Positions 12,145 through 24,600 of a DNA stretch of 62,000 nt are shown one piece after another (positions within the stretch are counted from its first letter, which is position 1; each line of letters opens with the position of its first letter). The position numbers were made by a program, and so were the translations under genes. The notes under the pieces are model-generated. The model saw only the letters and a program-made list of their open reading frames with translations, was not told where the DNA came from and searched no databases. This DNA is from Wallemia ichthyophaga EXF-994 (Eukaryota; Fungi; Basidiomycota). The stretch lies in contig NW_008806282.1 in assembly GCF_000400465.1 (NCBI RefSeq), positions 20,001-82,000 on the forward strand, read 5' to 3'.

Positions 12145-14145
12145 ATGGCATTATCTTTGAAGGAGATCGTTGCTGAAAAAACGAGTCTTGCCAAAGAAGC
12201 CATGGAGGCTAATCAAACGCTGGGCGATAAGCCAGCTTCGGCAAACTTGGAGAGATCTACGCTGTAAACAGACTCATCTCGGGAAGGCTCTGGAGATACG
12301 ATGCCACCGCCTGATAAAAGTTTATTATCTCTTCTTCAGCAGCAAAAACAAGTGATGGCATCCAATAGCAATAAATACGATGCTAATAGTATGACCGGGA
12401 CATCTATTCATCCCCGCTCTAGATTTTATAACAACTATAGGCAGTAATTGCAGGGCTACAACCAGTCGAATAACATTTATCAATCGACAGAAGAAAGTCA
12501 ATTTGACGCATACATTCAGCAGTTGCCATGTTTCGTAGCACCAGAGAATTATGTTAAGGCGAAATGGGAACAGACCCTGTCTATATCAAAAATTTGCGCA
12601 CTTTATTTATTGAAGAAATCAGCTAAAAGTTTGCACAATCTTCCAGCCCAGAAATGAGAGAGACGGAAGTCAACAGTGATTTCACCGCTCCGGCAACTAG
12701 CACCGCGAGACCAAGTCTTATATACCAGAGTCCAAATTACTATACACTGTGGAAGACAACTACTCAAGCTCTTTGTGGACAGCTTGACATGAAGTCAAGT
12801 GTTGAAGAATTGCTGCAGGGCGTGAACCTCAAACCATCGGCCTCTGAGGAGGTATACTTTACCCAGATTGAAGGTGATATGTGTAATGACAAGGACAATA
12901 AGATGAGCACAGACGAGATGACTAAGTCTGAAATTGTTCCTGACGCGGAAGCGCAAGATGAAGACAAACAAATGGAAAAAATTAAAGTTGACTCAGGTGA
13001 AAATCAAGCTGCAAAGAAGAACCAAATGATAGTAGCGACTCTGAGAAAACATTAAGGGACAATAAACACTTTTAAGACCAGTCAAGTGAGGATGTGAAGC
13101 CTGACGTGAAGCCTTGCAGTACAGAACTCGAACAAGAACACAGCAAAGAAGCAGAAAACATACTGAGATCACTACGCATTCTTATTTTTACTCAACATCC
13201 ACCTAACGAGAAGACAACAATGAAATGCTTTGGAAATTTTGAGAACTGGTCCGTTTCTTTAACCACTCAACAACTTATTTAACATTAGAACAGTATCGCA
13301 ATCAACAGCTTTTCTAAAAATAAAGAGATATTCCACATTACTAACGCGCTGGTAATTATGGGAACATTAGCTGATATTTATGGATCATTTGGTCAGATTG
13401 GCATTAGCTTGCTCACTACAGTTGTATTTGATGACGTGAGTCTTATTTGAGCAAGCACCGGATTTACTGACAAAACCAGCTCGTCAATAATGACGAATGG
13501 CAAGAAACACTCTCAGCTGTCGCACGCAGAATAGAAGAAAAATAATCAACCTCAATACAAGTTATTGTTTGCTCTAGCTTTTTTTTTTCACTCGAATTGG
13601 TACAAGATATGGTTTCGGAAGTACCATTAACGGTACTTGGATAAATCAAACCAATGGTCCTTAGAGGTGTTGACGATTTTCTTTTCGAAAGACACTTAGC
13701 TCCTGACGATAATATTGAAAAAGACTTGGCGGAATTATCTGAAACATCACCATTCATAGTGTACTGCGCTTTTGACAAGCACGCTGAGAAACAATATGAA
13801 AAAATCAAGCCATTGCAGAGTTCATCCTGCCTGGTGAAAAAGCACATACTGGAAGATACTCAGCTTATTGAGGAGTTTAATCGTGGCGAGAAGAAGATAC
13901 TGATAACTACGTCGATAATGTCAAGATCCAAGGCAGTGGAAGAATCACCGCTAGTCATCGTTCAATCGGCTCCGCATAACCTGGAACAGTATTCGAATAT
14001 CGTTGGGAGGCCAATATTCTCTAATCACAAAGTCAAATGCATCATAGTTTCTAGTTCAGAAAAGGAGACAAACATTATAAAGACTTACAGGCAGAATTTT
14101 CAACTATTACTGAGCATTCCGAATGATTGCAAGTATCTTTACTAA
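12145..14145 (+). pseudogene. eIF4A/Dbp5-like degenerate DEAD-box pseudo-helicase with six in-frame stops (pseudogene or recoded gene)
   Basis: Exons 12145-12443, 12491-13031, 13082-13248, 13294-13435, 13480-14145 sum to 1815 nt (605 codons); motifs VIMGTL, VVFDD, QVIVCSS, FNRGEKKILITTSIMSR, YSNIVGR; stops TAA 12265, TGA 12504, TAA 12555, 12624, 13543, 13642. Confidence 0.75.
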
Positions 14146-14272
14146 GTCACCATCTCTCGATAACACTCAATATTATGAAATTATATCACTATTCACCTCT
14201 GACTAGTCACGCAAATTGTAATTGCAGGAGCATACTTATGAAGTTCATGAATGTCAAAGAAAATTATCAAAT

Positions 14273-15464
14273 TTATTCAGCCTTGACTTTAATGGCTGCT
14301 GTTGGAGAGAAGTTGTGTGGGCGAGCAGAGAAACCAATCTCGAGAGAACGGCCACCATAGATGTAACCGTTGAACTTTTCGATTGCCACACTAGCGGCGG
14401 CAGTTGAGTAGAATTCAACGAGACCAACACCACGACTACGTTGAGTGCGAACATCCATCAAGATCTCAGCCGTCTTGACGTCACCAGTAGTTTCAAACAA
14501 GTCGACTAAATCTTCGTTTGTTGTTGAGTATGGCAAGTTTTTGGTAACAATTTGAGGGTTTGGAGCGGCAGCAGCAGGTACAGGACCAGGACCAGCAGGT
14601 GCTCTTCTGGCAGCTTGATATGGAGTTCTTGCTGGTCTTGGTGAGTTTGCAAACTTGTCCTCACGGACTTCTATTGGTCTACCGTAGAATTCGTAGTTGT
14701 GGTACAACTCGATTGCGTTTTGTGCGTCTTCTCTTGAAGAGAAAGAAACGATACCGTTACCCTTTGACTTTCCATCAGGGAAGAATTGAACATCGGCTCT
14801 AACTACGTGACCAGCTTGTCTGAAGAGGTCTTTGAGGTCTTGCCAGCCAACTTGGAAAGGCAACTGGAAAGGTGTGAGGGGAGATTCAGGGGAGGAAAAG
14901 CCGGAGCTAAAGCCATAAGACTCACGTTACCGATGAACAATTGAGTACCTGGAGCTGCAACTTGGGCAGGACCAGCACCATAAGCACCACGGGTGAATTG
15001 CTGGGTACGTGAAGGGGTTGGGTTAGCACCGAATCTAGCCTCTTGTTCTCTGTCCTATAAGGTGTGAGGCTAACTGAGGTATATTCACGTGTGGCTTACC
15101 TCTCTAACGAAGACTGGTCTACCAAGAAGATCTCTGTCTGAGTAAGACTCGATTGCGATTTGAGCTGATTCTGGGGAAGTGAATTCAACGATACTGAGAA
15201 TTGTGAGCGAGGGTGAGAGCGGATAAAGACTCAAAACTCACCCGCAACCCTTTGAAAGACCATTTGGAGTGATCAGTACCTCAGCGTATGCTACTTCAAG
15301 GGATTCTATGGGGTTTGTGAGCACGCAGTCCATCCAACAGCCAGCACCAACGACTCACGTCCCTCTGCGTTGTCTTCAAAGAACGCCTTCAAGTCCTCGT
15401 CCTTGACATCGTAGCTGAGATTTCCAACGTAGACTCTGTTCTCCCTCTTTGAGAATTCTGCCAT
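14273..15464 (-). CDS. Triple-RRM RNA-binding protein, Gbp2/Hrb1-like
   Basis: [59 protein letters not shown]; multiple introns. Confidence 0.88.
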
Positions 15465-15646
15465 CACACCTAAAATTTCGAAGTTGTGGTCAGAGAGGAT
15501 AGCAGCGCGAATTATGATTTATAAAAAAATAAGTTTAGAAGGGATGTTTTAGTGGCGTGATTAGATGCTCTAGCGGGGCTGTAGATTCATATTCCATTTG
15601 GACCTGTTCCCCAGGCTTAACTCATCTCCCCAACCACCAACAACAA

Positions 15647-16821
15647 ATGTTGTACGCTGAGCGAGATGACTTTAAAGATTTAATTCCAATTCCCCAAGAT
15701 GAAGGCCCTTCTCCATTGGCTCCGATTAACTATTCCCAGAAGTGTAACCCTCGTGCGTTCCGTCGTTGTCATACCGCTCACGATTTCTTCAGATAGAGAT
15801 GCGATGGATATGTTTCGAGCGGTTGTCGACATCAACGAGAAGTCTGAGAGAGCCCTCGGCCTGACGGAAGATATCATTCGCATGAACGCTGGCCACTACA
15901 CAGTCTGGTCGGTACTCTTCTTTGTTATCTGTGCGAGACTGAACAACGTTTCATAGGCATTACAGGACAACTATCTTAGTAGAATTAGGCTTGGATCTTC
16001 AATCTGAGCTCAAGTTGATGGACGAGCTGTCTACAGAGTTCCTCAAATCATACCAAGTCTGGCACCACAGGAGGCTCTGTGTTGGTTTGCTCGCAACTAC
16101 CACCTCCCCATTCGCCGACAAAAACTGTCCAGCTGCAGTTACAATCTCATCCACCCCACAAACCTCCTCACCACCCCCACCCTTACCGTCTTCTATCGAT
16201 CTGGCTAGATATGAGCTACAATTTATTGCTAACCTATTTCACGCTACCGAAGATCCCAAAAATTATCATACATGGGTTTACAGGCAGTGGATATTGACGT
16301 ACTTTGATAAGCTATTTCAAGACCAAGATCGTCATCATGAATTGGAATTCATTGAGTCACTCATAAACGACGACATCTACAACAACTCAGTCTGGTCGCA
16401 TCGTTTCTTCTGTCTCTTCAAGCTGGGTTGGTTGCACACCTCACTAGAAGCTGAAATCGAGTGAGCAGACAGACATCAAAGCTTTTTTAATTACTCACCA
16501 AACAACTCCAGGTATGTTTTGATCAAGATCGGTATAGCGCCAAGCAACATGTCGAGCTGGAATTATCTCCGCGGCATTCTCAAGGTGAACAGAAAAGGGT
16601 TGAACCAACAACGTGTATTGCAATTCTCGGAAACGCTCGTCAAAGCGAAAAGCGCGTCGGACGACATGAATCCTCCATTACCTGCTTTAGAGTGGCTGGC
16701 AGATGCTGCACTGGAAGACAAAAACCCTATTGCCACAAAACACTACCTAACCTTGAAAGATTTGGACCCCATTCGCAGACACTACTGGACTTGGAAATCC
16801 CATCTAGCTTTGTCTGCCTAG
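15647..16821 (+). CDS. RAM2: Farnesyltransferase/GGTase-I alpha subunit
   Basis: DLIPIPQDEGPSPLAPINY, NAGHYTVW, KSYQVWHHRR, DPKNYHTWVYRQW, YNNSVWSHR, DPIRRHYW. Confidence 0.92.
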
Positions 16822-17009
16822 ACTGACACATACCCTTTAAATGTATATTCATCTGTATATTCTTTAAATGGAGCTTGCGCATCATCCTAAAACGACAAAT
16901 TATCGAGACACAAACTTCAGACATACTATTACTGAAAACAATTCAAATTACATAGGATTTTAAAAAACCTAAAGAATAACGAAATATCTAATGATAAAAG
17001 CAAAGACAC

Positions 17010-19272
17010 CTATTTATTTTGACGACAATTTCCCAAAGTAAAGACATCTAACGTTATCCCTCGGGTCATCCTCTTCAAACTCGTCAATGATTCCAAGATT
17101 GGCGTGAAGATAATGTATATTGCCCCAACCATCAACCATGCTAGGCCGATACTTACCCAAGCCTTAAATCCCGCTCTTGGCAAGATGTAGCCTGTGCCAT
17201 AGAGTGCGAAAGTTACTGTGAATATCATAACTGTAACCCAGAGAAGCGAAGAAAACGCAGCCAGCTTTATCGATCGTGTCAAATATTCAATGTCAGCTGA
17301 ACTGAGATTCCCTTGACTAGTATTGTGTGAGTCTAGATCGCTAAGCTCAGGTGTGGCTTCCTCTACATCCTTGAAGGATTTCTCATCTGCTTGAAGAGTT
17401 TCGACGACAACTTCTTGTTCTGGGGGTGCAACATGTGCTTCTGACTCTTTCACTGCCTTCCTGCCAGTGTCTTTAGTCTTTTCAAAGTCATGATTATCAG
17501 GGGAAATCAGGGATCCAACGACTGAAATAATTATAGAAAGCCCGAATGATACTGTGTTCCCTGCAAGCATCGGGAAGTCCTCTATCGATAATTTTGTTAG
17601 CCGTCTTTAATCAAATTACGCAGCGACGTACGTCCGGTTGTTGTCTTATCGACAACGCCATTATTTAGCTTATATGCCGTGACTATCCATGCAATAATAC
17701 CGAGAGGAAGTGAGATGAGAGTTGCACCTATGCAAGCAACTTTATTGGCTTTACTCCACATAATGCAGCAAATCAAAGGAGCAACGGCAGGACATAGAAT
17801 AATGCCCATCAGCTCATACAGCCACCCCATTCCGATACCGATATAGTAAAATATAATTCCAAGCACGGCCTGGCAGATACCAAAACCAGCAACGCTAGCG
17901 TGTGAGACGAATAATGTCTGCTTATCAGTTGCGTTCGGCTTTACTCTATTGAAGACATCGTAAGTTACAAGTGTCGAGACTGCGACTAGCTCAGCGGAGG
18001 CTGCGGCAAAGAAGGTGAGATGAAGGCAGCTTTGTGAATATTTTCACTCACATGCCGCTGTGGATGCAAGGAAGAGCATGATTAATACTGCATTCGCACC
18101 CGAATTTCCCATCAATGCTGATGCAGCTGCTGATGCAGGTAGGCCAGCAGTCACTTCTGCCGATGACAAAGAAGAAATCGCATCCGAGTTCTTGAGTGCC
18201 GCGCCAGCTAAACCGAGACATGTTGCCAAAGCAAATGGAATGGGATACCAACACATACTGCCTATAACAAATGATTTCGTGATTGAACGCGGTTGTGATG
18301 CCACTGCTCTGTTGACATATGCTTGATCTAAGTACACTGTGCCGAAGTTACCGCATAGGTTGATGAAAAAAAACGTGATGCCTCCTAATGAGCGAAACGT
18401 CAGGTACGAACCATCCGCATTACCTTCGACAGGATGACGTGAAGCCTGATCGACCAGCATATCGTAAAGACGATCAAGCGAGCCAACTTCAGGAGCTGAT
18501 GTGTAGGTGTAGAAGCAAAAGCCTATAATGACGCCGTAGAGGACGATGGTGTGTAGGTAATCTGCAATAAGTGATGCCTTTAGACCCCCAATCATGATGT
18601 AGATAGAAACACTCAGTGGTGTAAGCCATACTGCCGCCATGACAGGAACATTTGTGAGACTATGGAGAGTATCGGAAATACCGACAATAAGCATCGCACT
18701 GACTATCAAATTGCAGGAAAGCGCGAAGCTGAGAAACACATAGTGGCCTATCTTGCCCCATCGTGCACCTGCTATTTCGACGAAACTATGCGCGTAAGGC
18801 CATCGTATTCTCATACTACTTGCCAAGACTGAGAAGACTAAAATTTGCAAGCAGGCACCTAAGCAAACTGTTTAAGTGGGTTCTTGCGTATATGCCAGCA
18901 TTTCTCACCAGTTGCGTAGCTGTAAGAGCCTAGCAATCCGTAGGAGTAAGTTTTAGAAGTTGACGTACTATGCTTTGTTTAATGACTGAGGACACTATTC
19001 GAATGGAAACTCACAGCAAAGTAGCACTCCAGCACCATGCAGAGACAACTCCGCTTGAGATTAAACCGGTAGGCACAGATCTACTGGCAGAGTTGAACTC
19101 TTCAGCCGTTTGGACCTTGTTCCCATAGCGCCTCTGTAATGCGTTTATAATAAGCATCAACGCACTAAATCCTGCAAGGCGTCAGGATAAGACGTAGATA
19201 TAAGTCATACTTACCAAAGCCTAGAATTAGCAAGACACAATAGCCATTGAGTTGTGGTAATGGCGGCTCCAT
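17010..19272 (-). CDS. DUR3: Urea/polyamine active transporter (sodium:solute symporter family)
   Basis: AEEFNSASRS, YIMIGGLKASLIADYLHT, GNFGTVYLDQAYVNRAVA, GMGWLYELMGII; many hydrophobic segments. Confidence 0.9.
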
Positions 19273-19337
19273 GTTTGATCAGTTGGGAGTATATTCGCAA
19301 CAGTGTAAGATTGCACTAGCATTCTCGTCCCAAATCT

Positions 19338-19406
19338 TTATCGACATTATCGTATTATCTTATCACCATGAAGCCTTATCTCGGAAGGTGCGTAGCCGAA
19401 GATAAG
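19338..19406. promoter_or_regulatory. Cluster of six GATAA motifs upstream of DUR3 (AreA/Gln3-type nitrogen control)
   Basis: TTATC at 19338, 19347, 19355, 19360, 19376 and GATAAG at 19401, within about 135 bp of the DUR3 ATG. Confidence 0.7.
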
Positions 19407-19903
19407 TGTATAATTTCAGATTGGCTTTTGATTTAGATATGGATATTGCGTTTGAGACTTAATTTATTTTGCATATCTAATCTAATGTTTCAAACGAAAT
19501 TAAGCTGTGATTTAGAATGAGAAGGAATAGTGAGTAGTTTAGTGTCGAAATTGTAAAGAGAATAGGAAATAATGAAATACAGACGCTCAAATGTACCCAC
19601 ACATCTCGCATGTCTAACCTTTCAATTCGATAAGAAAGCGATATATGAAATATAAAACGCAGACAAGTGATTTATGTTGATGTTAACACCCTGCTAGCAC
19701 CTGATTTTGTATTTCACCGGGAACGACAATAGCGTCGATGCATGCTTGTATTCTAGCATTCGGCTAGCATTCGGCCGTAATTAACGTCTACTGCTTGCTT
19801 AGTTCCTTATTCTCAGCTGCATAGACAGACTTCATTAAAATTTGGACACCTTCCTCCATCCAAGTATCTGGTTCTCGTTAACTTCGAGGTTTATTTAAGA
19901 TGA
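19368..19903 (+). pseudogene. Candidate stop-interrupted gene (weak)
   Basis: ATG 19368; donors gtgcgt 19388 and gtgagt 19530; in-frame stops at 19460, 19478, 19508, 19615; two inferred introns are only 31-32 nt and the region is also a promoter. Confidence 0.3.
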
Positions 19904-21405
19904 GTAGCCATAAGGAGAAGGGCAATCAGTTATTTAAAGGTAAGCTTTCTTAATTCCCAAAATATCGCTCACGATTCATAGATAAGGATTTTGTGAAGGC
20001 GATAGAGGAATGGTTGTTGGTAGAACCGCCAACCGAGCAGGTCTACAACAACATCGCTACAGCCAAGTTTAAGCTCGAGGAATTTGGGCTTGCCGAAGAA
20101 TTCAGCACAAAGGCTTTATCGCTCAACAGCAAGTTCGTCAAGGCTCTTTATCGCAGAGCTATGGCACACGTAGCCGTATTACACTTCAAGCCTGCTATTG
20201 CTGATCTCAAGGCTGTAATCGCCATTGAGCCTTCAAACAAGGTCGCCAGCCATCACCTAGCTGAGATTTCCAAGATCCATCGCAAAATACAATTCGAACA
20301 GGCCATCGCTACTGAAGACGAGAAGAAAGCCTCAGATACAATTAGAGAGATGATTGACAACGGCGGCTTGGAGATTCCTTCAGATTACGATGGCCCTACC
20401 CTCGACTCCTCCAATCTCATCGATTCACTCATTGAGCACTTCAAGAGTGGTAAAACGTTGCACAAGCGTGTTCTTTTTGAGTTGGTGCTCAAGACAATGG
20501 ATATATTCAGCCAAGAGGAGTCTCTGGTAGATGTCTCCATCCCAGAAGGCGTCAACATGAACGTTATCGGTGACACACACGGCCAGTTCTTCGATTTGAT
20601 TCATCTCCTCGGATTGACGGGCAAGCCATCTGAAACAAATTACTTGCTTTTCAACGGAGACTTTGTTGACAGGGGCAGCTGGTCTACAGAAGTCATCATT
20701 CTGCTCCTTGCGATGAAATACCTGAATCCAAAGTCCGTTTACTTGAACCGTGGAAACCATGAGACACGTCAAATGACACAGGTGTACGGATTTGAAGGAG
20801 AATGCAAACACAAGTACCCTACTGACCTCACTTACAAATCTTTTGCTCAACTCTTCACATATCTGCCGATTGCCCATCTTATCTCATCAACCAAGAAACC
20901 AGAGACAACGTTAAGTAAATCTGACATACTCACGAAGGATGGTTTCAAGAGATTCTTTGTCGTTCATGGTGGTTTATTTTCCAAGGACGATGTGACGCTT
21001 GAAGATATCCGCAAAATCAAACGCAATAGAGAACCAGGCCAGGAAGGTTTAATGTGCGAAGCGCTGTGGACAGACCCACAAGAGGCCGACGGACGGGGGC
21101 CATCTAAGCGAGGAGTGGGCGTAGGATTTGGTGGTGATGTAACAAAGCGTTGGTGTGAGTTGAACGAGGTTTGTGCTGTCATTCGCTCCCACGAGGTTAG
21201 ACAAGATGGATACTCATGTGAGCATGACGGCAGACTAGCGACAGTGTTCAGTGCACCAAACTACTGCGATACAAGTGGGAACAAGGGAGCGTGGATGAAA
21301 ATCGACGCATCTGGAGATATCAAGACTACACAATTTGCTGCAGTTGAGCATCCACCTATCAAGCCAATGGCTTACTCGAGCGGGATGGCCAGTATGATGG
21401 GATGA
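19900..21405 (+). CDS. PPT1: Ser/Thr protein phosphatase 5 (TPR + PPP domain)
   Basis: TPR (KALYRRAMA), GDTHG, GDFVDRG, RGNHE, FSAPNYCD, C-terminal PMAYSS. Confidence 0.96.
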
Positions 21406-21677
21406 AGTTGGAGTAGGACAAAATACATTCTTGAGAAAGCTGCATGTTTAAAAATTAATAATTTGTGATTTATAAAAGATAGATAAAATGCATTTAACCG
21501 TAGCTTTACAGTGGGATTAGCATAACAAGACATCGGAATCAATCTGAAACGATTTGAAACAGTATGTCACTGTGTCACCGCCCTTAACATGAATCTTATG
21601 TACTCGTCTCCTATCATTCCTAAGCGTGCCAGTCTCTGTTCACGAGTAACTATCACTACCAAAACTCAAAGCACGAA

Positions 21678-24600
21678 ATGAGGGCGTACTTGGCGCCAAT
21701 AATATACCTTGCAATTATACCAATAATAAGAGCATTTCCGAAGATAGATTATGACTCCCTGGGAACTGCATCGATTTTTGGCTCATTTGCTGCAATCGAC
21801 GACATTTCAAACTCTTTCAAATCTGCACAAAGCTATGATAATAACTCTTACACCCTTTTGTCCCGGCCCAGCAATGCTTCCGAGTGGTCTTCTCTCGGCT
21901 CTACCAACGAGTACGCGCATATCAACTCAGCGTGTACGATCAATGACTTGACATTCGTCGGTGGTGATTTTGATTCAATAAATGGTCAGCAGTTCACAAA
22001 ATTCGCGGTTTACTCACCTCATAATGGCTGGAAACCTTTGGGTAGCGTGCAGGGCGTGATCAATGCACTTTACTGCGATGCTTCAAATTCACAAGTTTGG
22101 GTTGGTGGTGCATTCGACGCAGTGGATGATAATATGGGGGCGAATATAGTCGTTTGGAATGTACGCGAAGAGCATTGGCAACCCTCTGCTGTGTATGGTT
22201 TGAATGGCGCCGTGAATGCCTTTTCGGTCTCGGATGATCAACTGTTTATCACGGGTAATTTCACATCCACATTCAATCAACCAGATGTCAAGCAATATCC
22301 AGAAGCATTGGATAGAATAGTTAATGCACTCCAACCAGTACCTTTCGATGACGCTGACGTTACTGGTTCAAAGGGTTCAGATAACCCAGCATACGCCGAT
22401 ATCAAGAATCTCGCGTGTGTTGGCGGTAATTCTTTTGACACCCCTGATGGAACGAGTGGTGTCATGTACATAGAGTGGTTCGATTCACACAATGTGGCCG
22501 GATTCCGTATCGCGAATACAGTTGACGAGGGTCATGCATTGACTGGCTTTGTGTGAGTTATGCTGCATCTATAATTACCAATTCCTGACGAGAAATAAAG
22601 CATAACCACCATACCAGAAAAGCAAGTCATTCCATTAACTTACAATCCTGTTCACGCACCTGGAACGAACATGACTTGCGAAAATGAATGCCCGATAGCT
22701 CTCTCAGATGAGAGAGAATTCAACGACTATATCATACCTGGTGGCTCGCGCAGACTTGGCGGGTTCGCTATCAACATGATAGACTGGACCGGTGCTGGTC
22801 CAGGCTTGCGCTCGGTTGAAGTACTTGGGGCTGGCAGCGATGCCTACGCCATTAGTGAATTCAATGAGTTGCAAGAGGGCTGCTACTCTAATGGAAATTC
22901 CTCCAACGTTACAACTGTCGGTAATTGGAATTCTGTCAATCCATCTTCAGAATCGTCAAACAAGGTTCTTTCAGCGTCGATTCAAGACGTCGATCAAATT
23001 CCTTCTCTTACATTCAGACCGTACGTCGGCGAGCGTGGTCTCTACGAAATATACATATCAATTCCAGGTTGCGCTGGTCTCGATGATTGTGAAAGTAGAA
23101 GCGCCGTTGATGTCGGAATGCAGTTGACTGAAAGAGGTCATTATATCAATGACACAATCACTGAGATCGATAACAGTGACTTTTCCTGGCCGATCTTCAG
23201 GGGAATGGTCGACGGTTCATCAAACACCTTCGCGCCCAACATTACCATTAAACCAATAATGGCCGAAGAGGGCAAGACTATTGCTGTGCAGAAGGTATCA
23301 TTGCATCTGCTCGAGATCCTTCCAAATGAGATGGCGATCGGAGGTCTGGCGTACAACTTAACCTCAGGGAACACTTTGGATGCTAGTGCTGATCGCGAAA
23401 TTTCAGATCAGAACTATCTAGATAGAGCTCTGGTTTCTTTGTCAGACGCTATCGGTATTCAATTCAAAGAGGGTGAACAAGATCTTAACTATATCAAGGC
23501 AATCGCTAGCACAGATTCGAATATATTCATTGGAGGTAATTTCGTCGGTTTTAATGATACAATGAACAACATTACAAACATTGCCCATTTCAACGACAGG
23601 TTGCACTCTCTCCCGGGCGGCGGAGTCAACGGCAATGTCAACAAGTTAACCGTCGTAGATGATCAAGTGTATATTGCAGGTAACTTTACGCAAGCTGGCT
23701 CAACTCAATGTCAAAACATTGTTATGTACGACCATCGCCATAAGAGATTTGAGAAACTTGGTCAGGGTGTCGATGGTGAGGTTTATGATATGACCTACTC
23801 CCCAGACTCAAACAGGCTGTACCTAGCTGGCAATTTCACGAACGCTCTCATAGACGAGAGTGCCAGTGTAACAGTAGGAGGGCTAGTTTCATGGGATCTG
23901 AAAGACAAGTCATGGAGAAATGACAACGGCGTTGTGTTTTCAGAGCTGGTTAAAGGAGTTGCAGTTCATGACAAAGATTTACTGGTGTATGGTACAGTGG
24001 ACAGAGTAGCGAAATTTTCTGCCAATGGTGCAGCTAAAATATCCTCGAATGGGTTGAGTAGTGTAAGTGCTACCAATTCACTCGGAAGCACAAAAACATC
24101 GTCGAGCAAGTCGTCAAGAAAGCGAGCAGCTCCTCATTTGCCTTCAGCCTCATCTGTTGCGCCCGCAATTAATGCGGGTAGCTACTACGAGAATTCTACG
24201 AGTTTATACACAATCTTGGGCGGTAATTTCACTTTCAATGATGGTCATTCGGGTGCGGTTGCTTTAATTGACCAAGACAGCAATATGCATGCATTAGGTG
24301 ATGGTGGTGTTTCTGGTGATGTTCGTGCTATGATGGTTGTTGGTAATAAGTTATTCCTAGGTGGGCAGCTCAGAGCTGGCAACTCTACCGACGTGGCCAT
24401 ATATGACCTGAAGAAAGGTGCCTTCGTCGACGTTGGAAATGGCTTGGAAGGTACAACATCTAGTTTCGCTTACAATCAAATCTATAATAGTGCCATTGTT
24501 TCAGGTGACTTCAATGCTGTGTCTGGAAATCAAGACTGCTCGAATATCTGTCAATGGGATATAGGTGATGGTCATTGGAACAGCCTTGGAAAAGGCGTGA

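Noticed and set aside
12145-14145. Classical RIP as the cause of the stops
   Set aside because: RIP acts on both strands of duplicated DNA, but many ATG/TGG codons and splice Gs survive and no duplicate is visible in the window. Not excluded without dinucleotide statistics.
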